From Chthoniobacterales bacterium (GTDB lineage Bacteria > Verrucomicrobiota > Verrucomicrobiia > Chthoniobacterales > Chthoniobacteraceae): DNA of 64,000 bases. Made by a program: the position numbers and the translations under genes. The notes beneath the pieces are model-generated. The model had not been told where the DNA came from. It worked only from the letters and a program-made list of their open reading frames with translations, and made no database searches. The stretch lies in assembly GCA_038207335.1 (NCBI GenBank), contig JBBQZX010000004.1, forward strand, positions 32,001-96,000. Direction: 5' to 3'. Shown in pieces: positions 1 to 11,901 of this stretch; positions within the stretch are counted from its first letter, which is position 1, and every line of letters starts with the position of its first letter.

Positions 1-1
1 G

Positions 2-670
2 CGCAATCCGTTCTTTTACATCGGCCTCATTTGCCTCCGATGGATTCCGTGGAGCTTGCTCATTTTTGCGTTTCTCGTGAAGCCGGTGCGCGCCGCTTTT
101 CGCACCGATTCCACGCTGCTTTGGCTCGCGTGCTGGTCGCTCGGCGGGTTGCTCTTCATGTCGGCGGTGCCGTCAAAGCGCTTCGATCGCATCCTGCCAG
201 TCATCCCGCCACTCGCGCTCATGCTCATCGCGATGGCGCGGCACCTTCCCCGCTTCGAATGGCGCAGCCAGCCGATCAGGCGCATCACAGTCGCGAGCGT
301 GCTCGCCGCATTCGCGATCAGCGCGAGCTACGCCGGCTATTCGATCGCCGAAGGCTACCGGACGCGACAGGGCGCACTCGTCGATTTCGGAAGCCATGTT
401 CGCACGGCAGTCGGCGACAGTTCGCGCCTCGCGGTCGTCAGCGGAAAGGACGAAGGGATTCTGCTTTACACACGCCAGACGGAATTCACCGGCATGGAAA
501 AAGCGGCCAAATCGTGGCAGGCGGGGGCCATCGACTGGCTCGTGCTCCCGAAGGATCGCTTCCTCCGGGATCAAGCGAACCTCCTGCCTTTCGACCTCGT
601 TGCCGAAACCGGGCACGTTCCCGAAAAATCGAGCGCATACGTATTAATTCACCGCGCCGGCGCGCGCTGA
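2..670 (+). CDS. Glycosyltransferase family 39 / ArnT-like membrane protein, C-terminal part (5' truncated by window edge)
   Basis: Frame is open from nt 2 (RNPFFYIGLICLRWIPWSL...). Several hydrophobic helices and a 'SAVPSKRFDRILPVIPPLAL' motif resembling the ArnT K..RY.LP..P.LAL segment. Confidence 0.7.
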   Translation, partial: RNPFFYIGLICLRWIPWSLLIFAFLVKPVRAAFRTDSTLLWLACWSLGGLLFMSAVPSKRFDRILPVIPPLALMLIAMARHLPRFEWRSQPIRRITVASVLAAFAISASYAGYSIAEGYRTRQGALVDFGSHVRTAVGDSSRLAVVSGKDEGILLYTRQTEFTGMEKAAKSWQAGAIDWLVLPKDRFLRDQANLLPFDLVAETGHVPEKSSAYVLIHRAGAR

Positions 671-678
671 AAAAGACG

Positions 679-1707
679 CTACTGGCTCCGCACCGTCGAG
701 CCCGCCACCCATTCGCCGGGAATCAAAAGCGTGTGCGGGTGAGTAGGCAGATCGCGCTCGTTGCGGCGCAGTTGCCCGTCGATCAGATCGATCGCCGCCG
801 CACCCACGAGATCCGAGTTTTGATTGATCCCCGCCCAATCGCGGTCGCCAGGCGAAATGGCGAGATGTGCAAATCCGACGTCCTCCGGCACGCGTACGCC
901 GAGATTTTCCATTACACTGAGCGCATCCGATTCGAGACTCAGAACAGCATCCGGCCGGTGCGCCTGAAACCACGCCGAAAATTCCCCGCAAAAGTCCTCT
1001 CCGGCCAACAGCGGCGGCACCCCTTTCTCACTCGCATCGTGCGCGTGATGCACGAGCATCCGCGCCGACCACTGACGCTTCACGCGCACGTCACTCTCGT
1101 CCGGGATCGCCAAACCGATCCTTCGGTAGCCGAGCTTTTGCAGCTCTTCCAGCGCCAGCCCGATCGACCCATACTGATGATTGCTCGCCCGATGAAGCCC
1201 CGGCCCGCCGATGGAATACCCAATCGTCACCGCCGCGAACTTTTCCCAGAGCATGCTCATCTCCGCAGCCTCCGGCGGCACCGGCGCGAGCAGGATGCCG
1301 TGGATATTCCGCATGTATAAAATCTCGCTGAACCGCTGCGGCGTGAGCCCTGCCTCCGCCAGCCACCACTCCTCGAGATCGTACCCGAGCAAATCCGCGC
1401 GCTGCCTCGCGCCTTCGTAAAACTCCACGAACGGCCCCGGCAGCCGCCACCCATCGCGCGTGGGATACGCGGTAACGTAGGCGAGCGTAGCGTGGCGGAT
1501 CGGCGGCTTTGCATGGCGGAGCTGCGTCATCAGCGCCGAGACGAGCGGATTCGGCCGGTATCCAAGCTCCTCCGCGATCGCGCGGATTTTCTCCTTCGTC
1601 TTCACCGAAACCTTCGGACTGTTCCGCAACGCCAGCGACACCGCCATGCGCGAGACCCCTGCCCGCTCGGCGATCTGCTGCATCGTGGGTGTCTTCAACT
1701 CGTCCAT
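679..1707 (-). CDS. LacI-family transcriptional regulator
   Basis: N-terminal HTH 'TMQQIAERAGVSRMAVSLAL...EELGYRPN' plus periplasmic-binding-type C-terminal domain. Start taken at MDELK (alternative 1731). Confidence 0.92.
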   Translation of the reverse strand: MDELKTPTMQQIAERAGVSRMAVSLALRNSPKVSVKTKEKIRAIAEELGYRPNPLVSALMTQLRHAKPPIRHATLAYVTAYPTRDGWRLPGPFVEFYEGARQRADLLGYDLEEWWLAEAGLTPQRFSEILYMRNIHGILLAPVPPEAAEMSMLWEKFAAVTIGYSIGGPGLHRASNHQYGSIGLALEELQKLGYRRIGLAIPDESDVRVKRQWSARMLVHHAHDASEKGVPPLLAGEDFCGEFSAWFQAHRPDAVLSLESDALSVMENLGVRVPEDVGFAHLAISPGDRDWAGINQNSDLVGAAAIDLIDGQLRRNERDLPTHPHTLLIPGEWVAGSTVRSQ

Positions 1708-2116
1708 CGCACTTTGAGAATACCAACTCATCTTTCAGACAGAAAGCCGCATCTGACTCCAAACTTTTCGATAAATCAGGAATCCCACCACCCTTTTGCC
1801 GACATTCGCGTCCAAGCGAAAACGCTCAACACGGATGCTTTCCTCGCCGTCTTGAACGCCCGCAAGTTTTTCAGCCAACCCGCACGCAGGACGTCTGCGC
1901 TTCGTTTCACTCGATTTGTTAACTTTGTGACGCCCGTGTGTGGCGCTCCAGCCGCCAAACTCAAACTTCCGCTTCCGCGAGCGGATACGTCACGCAGGGT
2001 TGAAGCGGGCCGGGAGCCCCATCAAGGGTGCCATCGCTCGCGCGCCGGTGAGGCACTTCAAATGCCCCAGCAATCTCGACAGAACTAGTTCTGGCGTTCT
2101 ACGTTCCCTTCTCGTT

Positions 2117-2932
2117 TTGCAGATTCCTGACTCTCTCGCCATCGTCGCCGGCAGCGGCGCTTATCCGATTGCCATGGCGCGCGCGGCGAGAGCCGCGGGT
2201 GTGCGGCGGATTGTCGCGGCGGCTTTTCAAAATGAAACGAATCCCGAACTCGTGCAGCTCGTCGAGGAGGTCGAATGGATGCGCGTCGGGCAGCTCGGAA
2301 AGATGCTCGCTTTTCTCAAAAAATCGGGCGCGCGACATGCCGTGATGTCGGGGCAGATTCACCCGAAAAATCTGTTCGATCTGCGGCCGGATTTGAAGGC
2401 TGTGCTGCTGCTCGGGCGGCTGCGCGAGCGCAATGCCGAGACGATCTTCGGCGCGATCGCGAAAGAGATGGCAAAGGCGGGTGTCGAGCTGCTGCCGGCC
2501 ACGAGTTTCATGGAGGAATATCTCGCGCCAGCGGGACTGGTCGCCGGGCCGAAGCTCAGCCGCCGTGAGCAGGAGGACGCGCTCTTCGGCTTTCGGATCG
2601 CGAAGGAAACGAGCCGGCTGGACATCGGGCAGACCGTCGTGGTGAAAGGCGGCACAGTGCTCGCGGTCGAGGCATTCGAGGGGACGAATGCGGCGATGAA
2701 ACGCGGCGGCGAACTCGGGCGAAAAGATGCTGTGATGGTGAAGGTCGCGAAGCCGAATCAAGACTTCCGTTTCGATGTGCCGGTCATCGGTCCGCTCACG
2801 CTCGACGCGGCGCGCGAGGCCCGCATCCGTGTGCTCGGGATCGAGGCGGGACGCACACTTTTGCTCGAGCACGAAAAGCTCATCGCGCTCGCCGCGCAGG
2901 CCCGCATTTCGATTTTCGGCCTCGCAGATTGA
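2117..2932 (+). CDS. lpxI: UDP-2,3-diacylglucosamine diphosphatase LpxI
   Basis: Motifs 'LAIVAGSGAYP', 'LDIGQTVVV...VLAVEAFEGTN' and 'KVAKPNQDFRFDVPVIG'. Likely TTG start at 2117; the ORF-track extension from 1940 looks non-coding. Confidence 0.88.
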   Translation: MQIPDSLAIVAGSGAYPIAMARAARAAGVRRIVAAAFQNETNPELVQLVEEVEWMRVGQLGKMLAFLKKSGARHAVMSGQIHPKNLFDLRPDLKAVLLLGRLRERNAETIFGAIAKEMAKAGVELLPATSFMEEYLAPAGLVAGPKLSRREQEDALFGFRIAKETSRLDIGQTVVVKGGTVLAVEAFEGTNAAMKRGGELGRKDAVMVKVAKPNQDFRFDVPVIGPLTLDAAREARIRVLGIEAGRTLLLEHEKLIALAAQARISIFGLAD

Positions 2933-2944
2933 CCTGCACTATTT

Positions 2945-3958
2945 ATGAAAAAACTCCGCGCCGGCGTGATCGGCACAGGCAGCATCGGCAGGAACCACGC
3001 GCGCATCATGAGCGAACTTCCGGACGCCGATTTCACCGCGATCTACGACGCGAATGCCGCGACCGCGCAGGAGATGGCTGCGCGCTTCGGGGCGAAAGCG
3101 ACGAGTTCGCTGGAGGAGTTTGCCTCGCTCGTCGATGCCGCCACGATCGCCACGCCGACGCCCACGCATTTCGAGATCGGCAGCTTTTTGCTCGAGCGCG
3201 GGAAGCACGTCCTCGTCGAGAAGCCGATCACCGAGAGCACCGCCGACGCGCGCGCTCTTTCGCAGCTCGCGAGCGACCGCAGGCTCGTTCTGCAGGTCGG
3301 CCACATTGAGCGCTTCAATCCCGCGCTGAACGCGCTCGAAGGCAAGCTCACCAGCCCGCGTTTCATCGAGTCGCACCGCCTCTCGCCCTACCCCGCGCGC
3401 AGCACGGAAATCGGCGTCGTGCTCGACCTCATGATCCACGATTTGGAGATTATTCTGCATCTCGTCCGCTCGCCGCTGGCGCGCGTCGATGCCGTCGGAG
3501 TGCCCGTTCTGAGCCGCGGCGAGGACATCGCAAATGCGCGGCTGCGCTTTGAAAACGGATGCGTCGCGAACATCACGGTGAGCCGCATCAGCCCGGAAAA
3601 GCTGCGCAAAATCCGCGTCTTCCAGCAGGACGCCTACCTCTCGCTCGACTACCAGGCGCAGGAAGGATTTCTCTACCGCCTTGCGCGCGCCAACGAGCCC
3701 GAGAGTTCGCTTTTCAAAAAACTGCTCTCCGCAAAAGACCACGCCGTCGTGAGCGAATTCGCCGGAAAGCGGATCGTCCGCGAGCCCGTGCAAATCGAAA
3801 AAGGCGAGCCGCTAAAGCGCGAACTCGCTGCATTCATCGAATGTGCCCGCGCTGGCGCCGCGCCGAAAGTCAGCGGCCACGAAGCGACCGCCGCACTTGA
3901 ACTCGCGCTGGAAATCACTCGCTTGATCGAGGAGTCGAATCGGCAAAGCGCCGGGTAG
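2945..3958 (+). CDS. Gfo/Idh/MocA oxidoreductase, GnnA-like (UDP-GlcNAc 3-dehydrogenase)
   Basis: 'GVIGTGSIG' Rossmann motif, 'HVLVEKPI', 'VGHIERFNP' and 'VVLDLMIHD'; lies directly downstream of lpxI. Confidence 0.8.
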   Translation: MKKLRAGVIGTGSIGRNHARIMSELPDADFTAIYDANAATAQEMAARFGAKATSSLEEFASLVDAATIATPTPTHFEIGSFLLERGKHVLVEKPITESTADARALSQLASDRRLVLQVGHIERFNPALNALEGKLTSPRFIESHRLSPYPARSTEIGVVLDLMIHDLEIILHLVRSPLARVDAVGVPVLSRGEDIANARLRFENGCVANITVSRISPEKLRKIRVFQQDAYLSLDYQAQEGFLYRLARANEPESSLFKKLLSAKDHAVVSEFAGKRIVREPVQIEKGEPLKRELAAFIECARAGAAPKVSGHEATAALELALEITRLIEESNRQSAG

Positions 3959-3990
3959 CACCCGTTCGCCGAAATTCTCGACTGCGCAAG

Positions 3991-5360
<1,370 letters not shown>

Positions 5361-5364
<4 letters not shown>

Positions 5365-7826
5365 TCGAGAAAGAGGAACTCGTTCGAACTCAGTAGCACG
5401 CGGGTGAAGCTCGCGAGCGCCGCGCGCGGCTGCTGATCGGGCGGAAGCTTTGTCTCGGCGAGCGCAGTGCCGACGTCGCCGATGTAGCGCTGCGCCTGCA
5501 CGATTTCATCGGCCGATGCAGGCCGCCCGAGCGCGAGTTCATACGCGTATTCGATGCGCTCCGGCTCTTCAGTGCGCGCTGCGTAGATGCGATCGGCGAG
5601 TTTGGCCGCCTGCTCGTGCGCGAAGCTGTTATTCATCATCCAGAGCGCCTGAATCGGCGTGTAGCTGATTGGGCGCACGGCGCTTGAAGCATTCGTGTCC
5701 GCGCCGTCGAAGACCTCGAGAAATGGCTGCTTGCGGATGCGCTGCTGCATCATGAATACGCTCCGTTTGGTCGTCTGATAGTTCTCGATGAACGGTCGAT
5801 GCTGCGTGTAGTGGAAATCACTTTCCGGCGGAAACGGATGCAGTCCTCCCGGTGTCGGATCGAGCGAATCCGTGACCGCGAGGATTGAGTCGCGGAGTTC
5901 TTCGGCGCTGAGCCGGCGGCTGTTGAAATGCCACAGAAAATCGTTCGCCACGTCTTTTGCCGCACTCGTCGGATTGTCGTTGCACGACATCTGATACGCG
6001 CGCGACATCAAGATCAGCCGGTGCATCGTTTTCATCGACCATCCGCTTTCCACGAAGCGATTTGCCAGCCAGTCGAGCAGTTCGGGATGGGTCGGACGCT
6101 CGCCGCGGATCCCGAAATCGTTCGGAGTTTTCACGAGCCCTTTTCCGAAATGCTGCTGCCAGATGCGATTCACCATCACGCGCGCCGTGAGCGGATTCGA
6201 TGGCGCGCTGATCCAGTCCGCGAGTTCCTTTCGCCCACTCCCCTTTTCCTCCGGCGGCAGACCCTGCCCGCCGAGGATCTGCAAAAAGCCGCGCGGCGCG
6301 ATGTCCCCTTTACTCGCAGGATCTCCCTTTTTCTGGATCGCGGTGTCGGCAGGCTTCCCCTCCGACACGGCATACGCTTTGGGAAAACTTCCGATGTGTT
6401 TTTCAAGCTCCGCCTGCCTCGCGCCTGCGGCCTCGATCTCGCGCTGCGCATCGGCTACCGTTCGCCCTTTCACCGGCTCGTTTGCCTCGGGGTTCAAGGC
6501 AGGAAGCGGCTCCGATGCTTTCGCCTCCGCCGATTTGTCTGTGCGAGCGAGACGCTTCTTCTCATCTTTCAGATCGCGCAGCCGCCGGTCGATCTGACCG
6601 AGTTCCCGCCCTTCAGCCGCGAGATTTTCGCCCTCAGCGCCGCCAACGAGCGGCACGAAATCTTTCGTGTGACGCAGCACTTCCGTGCCGGGAAATGCAA
6701 ACGTCGTGCTCTCGAAAATTCCGTAGAGCGCGTAGTAATCTTTCGTCGGGATTGGATCGAATTTGTGATCGTGGCAGCGCGCGCAGCCAATGCTCAGCCC
6801 GAGCGTCGCCTTGCCGAGATTGTCGAGCACGTCCTCGATTGTGAGGTGAAATTCGTTCGCCTGTGAGCCAAAGCGCCTCGCGATCGCGAGGTACCCGGTG
6901 GCCACGATTTTATCGAAATGCTCCTGCTCGCTCGCAGCAGACAGAAGGTCACCGGCAATCTGCTCGCGCAAAAACTGATCGTACGGCTCGTCTCTGTTAA
7001 AGGCGTCGATGACATAGTTCCGGTAACGATACGCCGATGGGACAGGGAAGTCCGAATTGCAGCCCGACGTGTCGGCGTAACGCACGACATCGAGCCAGTG
7101 CCGACCCCACTGCGCGCCGTACTGCGGCGACGCGAGCAGCCGATCGACGACTTTCTCAAACGCGCCGGGCGACGCGTCTTCGAGAAAAGCCCGCATCTCA
7201 TCGGGCGTCGGCGGCAACCCCGTGAGGTCGTAAGTCACGCGACGCAGCAGCGTCCTCTTGTCGGCATCGGCATTCGGCGTGAGCCCGTGCTCGTCGAGTT
7301 TTGCCAAAACAAAGCGGTCGATCTCATTGCGCGCCCACTCCGCTTTTTTCACCTCCGGCACCGCCGGCTTTTTGACCGGCTGAAATGACCAAAACCTCTT
7401 CGCCTCGTCCCAATTATACTGCTTCGCGACCGGCAATGCGCCATCGCGAGGATCCGGCGCGCCCATCTTTACCCACGCCACGAAATCCGCCACCTGCGCT
7501 GCGTCGAGTCGATGCTTGGGCGGCATCTGCAAATCCTCGTCGCCCCACTCGATCGCGTGGATGAGGAGACTCTTCTCAGGCTCGCCCGGCACGACCGCCG
7601 CTCCCGTGTCGCCGCCTTTCAGCAACGCCGCGCGCGAGTCGATCGTGAGCCCACCCTTGATCTTCTCACCCTGAGCGCTGTGGCATTTCGTGCATTGCTC
7701 GGTGAGCACCGGGCGGACCTTTTTCTCGAAAAAGTCGAGCTGCTCCGGCGCAAAGACGACCGGCTCCGCGGCGGAGGCGGCAAAAACTGGGAAACAGAAA
7801 ATGAGTAAAATGAGGCGGAACTTCAC
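5361..7826 (-). CDS. PSD1/PSCyt2 (DUF1553/DUF1549) and planctomycete cytochrome c domain protein
   Basis: Signal peptide, 'FFEKKVRPVL..CTKCH', 'WLDVVRYADT', 'CARCHDHKFDPI', 'NPLTARVMVNRIWQ', 'PTHPELLDWLA'; stop overlaps the DUF1501 start. Confidence 0.93.
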
Positions 7827-7995
7827 GAAAATCGGTGGATACCCGGACGCGAAATATACCCTTGATTCCGTTGCGGCTTAGAAACTGTGAAAAGCCAGTT
7901 GCGGCCACCCAATCCGATGCTGTGCATCCTCTCCCGTCGATTCCGCGAAAGTATTGATTTTGAAGTTCCCACCTTCATGCGACGGTGATGCTCGC

Positions 7996-8417
7996 TTGAG
8001 CTACTTTCGTCTCCATACTTCTGCGCGCTGCATCACGGTGACACTGCTCATGGTGCGTGGTTCATCGCGACGAATCATTGCTCGTTTGGACTGATGAACT
8101 CGACTGCAAAGACACTTACGAGTCACGCCTCTTGTCATTATCAGGAGTCGAAGCAAGATCGCGAATCGCCAGCGAATGGTACCCGGGAATGTTGCCGAGC
8201 CATTCATGGATTCGCTTCTTTTGAGAAGGTGGAAGCGAAGTTCGACTCGACTCGATTTGAGATACAGCTAGTTGCTCTGGCTATCCTCGTGGCTCCGGCG
8301 GCAGAAGACTCGACGCCTCCATTTTCTGCACTCGATCACGGGCCGCCACGATGTATTTCTTTCGCTGAGGCTGTCCTGCAGCGCAGCCTTTTCGGCCACG
8401 CTCCTCCCCTCGCCTAA
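7996..8417 (+). pseudogene. CutF/DUF2946-like Cys/His-containing leader protein with an apparent 1-nt frameshift near 8055
   Basis: Frame from TTG 7996 reads SYFRLHTSARCITVTLLMV. Adding one G at about 8055 joins it to AWFIATNHCSFGLMNST...SHASCH...ECC...GPP...HAPPLA* (ORF 8094-8417). Confidence 0.5.
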
Positions 8418-8552
8418 CGACTGACCCTCCGCCATCGCGGAGCGCGTTCATTCGTTTCTTCTGGCTCCTCTACCACCGCGCGAGATCCGGCGCGGGGTGG
8501 CCGCACGTCGCGGTTGTGACGGCGGACATCACCGACTTTCAACACGCCAATC

Positions 8553-9059
8553 ATGAACATTCAAGTTGTCCTCGTCATTCCTCTCCTGCTTGCAGGATGC
8601 GTCATTTCACCCCCTCCAGCGCCGCTTTCACCGACCGATCCTAGGAACCCGCAGGCATCGGAGGCGGCCACCACGCCCTTTCGACCGATGCTCGTGTCCA
8701 CCAACAAGCGGTATCTTTCCACCGATGCAGGAGAAAGTGCTCAGGAGATGCCCGGCATGGACATGACGGGCATGAGCCATGAGTCGACGAGCGGCATGTC
8801 GATGGCGAAGCCCACAGGCAAACCGCGAAATCCTGCCGAGAAGACAGTTGCGCGGGAGGAAGCCCAGCAGGCTGGTGCTCCGAGTGGCGAGCAGCTTCAG
8901 AGCACTCATCCTGAAAGTTACACCTGTCCGATGCACCCCTCCGTGACAGGCATGAAGCCTGGAAAATGCCCAATTTGCGGGATGACTCTCGTCAGCAAGG
9001 AGACGATCGAAAAACACGAAGCCACAAACCAAGCACCTTCAGACGCACACCAAGACTGA
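8553..9059 (+). CDS. Lipoprotein with Met-rich segment and heavy-metal-binding domain
   Basis: Lipobox 'LLAGC', Met-rich 'MPGMDMTGMSH', and HMBD 'YTCPMHP...GKCPICGMTL'. Confidence 0.85.
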   Translation: MNIQVVLVIPLLLAGCVISPPPAPLSPTDPRNPQASEAATTPFRPMLVSTNKRYLSTDAGESAQEMPGMDMTGMSHESTSGMSMAKPTGKPRNPAEKTVAREEAQQAGAPSGEQLQSTHPESYTCPMHPSVTGMKPGKCPICGMTLVSKETIEKHEATNQAPSDAHQD

Positions 9060-9061
9060 CC

Positions 9062-10480
9062 ATGACTTTCACTAACACGACAGCGATGAGCCTAGGCGCC
9101 ATTGGAATCCTCGCCGGATGCGCGGGAAATCCGAAGTCCGCCTTTGATGGAGTGCAAAGCACTGTCTCACAAGCAAGCGGAAAGCAGGTGCACTGGTTGC
9201 GCAGCGGACAGGAGCAAGCCGACGCCGAACGCGCGACCCATGCTTTGCTGAGTCGCCCGCTCAATGCGGATTCCGCTGCCCAAGTAGCGCTCTTGAATAA
9301 CCGCGCCCTGCAGGCCCGCTTCGAGCAACTCGGCATCGGATTTGCCGACTATGTGGAGGCGAGTCTGCCGAGCAATCCCAGTCTTGCTGCCAGTTGGCGC
9401 TTCCCCAGCAAGCCGCCGTCGGGCACGAACATCGAATACTCCATCGCGCAGGACTTGTTGAGTCTGCTGCTGCTTCCGATCAAGCGCAGTATCGCCGCGC
9501 GGGAGTTGGAAATTACACGGCTTCAAATCGCTGCAGACGTGCTGGGACTCGTGGCCGAAACGAAGACCGCGTTTTACATGCTGCAAGCCCGCCAGCAGTT
9601 GCTCGGGCGGCTGCAACTCATCGTGCAGACTAATGAGGCGGGAGCCGATCTTGCCAAAGGCCAGCATGACGCGGGAAACATCACCGACCTCGATCTTGCG
9701 AACCAGCAGGCGCTTTATTCGCAGTCGCGTGTGGATGTGGGGCAGACTCAGGCACAGATTCGCTCGGATCGCGAGCGGCTGAATCGACTCATGGGCGCAT
9801 GGGGTGCGCAGACGAATTGGCGCGTGGATGGAGAGTTACCAGCCATTCCATCCAGCGAGATTTCACTCGCTCGACTCGAGTCGAAGGCCATCGCGCAGCG
9901 CGTCGATATTGCGTCCATGCGACAGGAGGTGGCCAGTCTCGGACTGGCGATGTCGCTGAAGCAAAAGACGCGCTTTGTGCCGGGCGGCGTGAATGTCGGC
10001 GTGAGCACTGAGCGCGATCCTGACCGCCAGCGGGTGACAGGCCCGACGCTGGATTTGGAGCTTCCGATCTTTAACTTTGGGCAAGCAGCGCTGCTGCGAC
10101 TTCGTTCGCAGTACGCTCAGGCTCAGCGGGACTTGGAAGCAGCGTCGGTCAATGCGCGGTCGGAGGTGCGGGAGGCGCGCGACATGATCGCGGCGAACCG
10201 TGAACTGGCGGCATATCACCGCAAAGTGCTTCTCCCGCAGCGACTGCTCATCGTGAATCAAACACAGCTCCAGTACAATGCGATGCAGCTGGGACCGATC
10301 GATCTGTTGTCGGCAAAAGAGCGCGAACTGAATGCCGAGCGGACTTACATCGAGGCATGGCGCGACTACTGGATCGCGCGGACGGAACTGGAACGCGCAC
10401 TTCACGGCGGCACGAGCCCCGGCTCGGAGCCAAAGCAAATGGGCGGCGGGCGTGCCAATTCGGACGCCGGTCACTCCTAG
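9062..10480 (+). CDS. TolC-family outer-membrane protein (copper-resistance type)
   Basis: Lipobox 'ILAGC', 'AAQVALLNNRALQA', OEP-like helical repeats, 'LELPIFNFGQA'. Confidence 0.88.
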   Translation: MTFTNTTAMSLGAIGILAGCAGNPKSAFDGVQSTVSQASGKQVHWLRSGQEQADAERATHALLSRPLNADSAAQVALLNNRALQARFEQLGIGFADYVEASLPSNPSLAASWRFPSKPPSGTNIEYSIAQDLLSLLLLPIKRSIAARELEITRLQIAADVLGLVAETKTAFYMLQARQQLLGRLQLIVQTNEAGADLAKGQHDAGNITDLDLANQQALYSQSRVDVGQTQAQIRSDRERLNRLMGAWGAQTNWRVDGELPAIPSSEISLARLESKAIAQRVDIASMRQEVASLGLAMSLKQKTRFVPGGVNVGVSTERDPDRQRVTGPTLDLELPIFNFGQAALLRLRSQYAQAQRDLEAASVNARSEVREARDMIAANRELAAYHRKVLLPQRLLIVNQTQLQYNAMQLGPIDLLSAKERELNAERTYIEAWRDYWIARTELERALHGGTSPGSEPKQMGGGRANSDAGHS

Positions 10481-10509
10481 ACACTTACCACCACAAATCT
10501 CACATACCT

Positions 10510-11898
10510 ATGATCTCACGACGCAGTTTTCTCACTCACGCAGGCATCGCGGCAGGCGGAGCGGCGCTCCTTTCCAAAGCCAGCGCCGCCGAAGCCGAAG
10601 ATGCCATTCAGGCGACGAACAACAACCAGCTCGCGACGGACGCTGATGCGCTTGCCGCGGGCCAACCCGGTGCGGACTACACGCCGGTAGTCACTCCAAA
10701 CAACGTGTCGCTGCCTTGGAAGCTCATTGGCGGCGTGAAGGTCTTTCACTTGGTCGCGGAGGAGGTCGAGCATGAGTTTGCGCCCGGCATCAAAGCATTT
10801 TGCTGGGGCTACAATGGCCGCGTGCATGGCCCGACAATCGAGGCCGTCGAAGGCGACCGCGTGCGCATCTATGTCACCAATCGACTTCCCGCGGCAACGA
10901 CCGTGCACTGGCATGGCGTGATCTTGCCAAATGGAATGGACGGCGTCGGCGGGCTGACACAGCCAGCAATCCAGCCCGGTGAGACCTTCAAGTATGAGTT
11001 CACGCTCAAGCAGAGCAGCACGAACATGTATCATTCTCACCATGACGAGATGACTCAGATGGCGATGGGTCTGATGGGGATGTTCATCATCCACCCGCGC
11101 AAGCCACGCGTGCGGCCGGACCGCGAGTTTGCGCTCATGCTCAGCGAGTGGCAGATCATCGTCGGCACGCACCGGCCGAACCCGAATCAGATGACCGACT
11201 TCAACATGTTCACGATGAACGCGCGGGTCTTTCCCGGCACCGACCCGATGGTGGTGAAAAAAGGCGACCGCGTGCGGCTGCGGATCGGAAATCTCAGCGC
11301 GATGGACAATCATCCAATCCATCTGCACGGGCATGGGTTCAAGATCGTCGGCACCGATGCGGGGGATAGCACGGAGGAGATCATCCGGCATGAAAGGGTG
11401 GAGGACACCGTGCTCGTGCCAACCGGCCAGACGCGCGCGGTGGAATTCATCGCGGACAATCCCGGCGACTGGGCGATGCACTGCCACATGTCGCATCACG
11501 TCATGAACCAGATGGGTGACAAATTCCCCAATATGATCGGCGTGAAGCCCGGCAAGACAGACACGAAAATCCGCAAGACTCTCCTGCCCGGCTACATGAC
11601 GATGGGCGAAAGCGGCATGGGAGACATGGGTGACATGGGGATGGCGTCGCCGAAGAACTCCATCGCCATGGTCGGCGGGCACGGGCAGTTCGACTACATC
11701 ACGATGGGCGGGATGTTCAATGTGCTGAAGGTGCGTGAGAAGCTCACGAGCTACGACGAAGACCCGGGGTGGTATCAGCACCCAAAGGGCGAAGTCGCCT
11801 CGCTCGCATCGAACGAAGAGATGCAGCGCGACCTCGGCGCCGTGCCGGATGCGACTCCTCACGGCACTCCGATGGCACCGATGCATCATCACGGTTGA
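10510..11898 (+). CDS. Tat-exported multicopper oxidase
   Basis: Tat signal 'SRRSFL'; copper motifs HWHG, YHSH, HPIHLHGH and HCHMSHH; Met-rich C-terminus ending MHHHG. Confidence 0.92.
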   Translation: MISRRSFLTHAGIAAGGAALLSKASAAEAEDAIQATNNNQLATDADALAAGQPGADYTPVVTPNNVSLPWKLIGGVKVFHLVAEEVEHEFAPGIKAFCWGYNGRVHGPTIEAVEGDRVRIYVTNRLPAATTVHWHGVILPNGMDGVGGLTQPAIQPGETFKYEFTLKQSSTNMYHSHHDEMTQMAMGLMGMFIIHPRKPRVRPDREFALMLSEWQIIVGTHRPNPNQMTDFNMFTMNARVFPGTDPMVVKKGDRVRLRIGNLSAMDNHPIHLHGHGFKIVGTDAGDSTEEIIRHERVEDTVLVPTGQTRAVEFIADNPGDWAMHCHMSHHVMNQMGDKFPNMIGVKPGKTDTKIRKTLLPGYMTMGESGMGDMGDMGMASPKNSIAMVGGHGQFDYITMGGMFNVLKVREKLTSYDEDPGWYQHPKGEVASLASNEEMQRDLGAVPDATPHGTPMAPMHHHG

Positions 11899-11901
11899 GC
11901 C

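Noticed and set aside
1940..2116. N-terminal extension of lpxI
   Set aside because: No LpxI-like sequence before 'QIPDSLAIVAG'; probably intergenic or promoter DNA.
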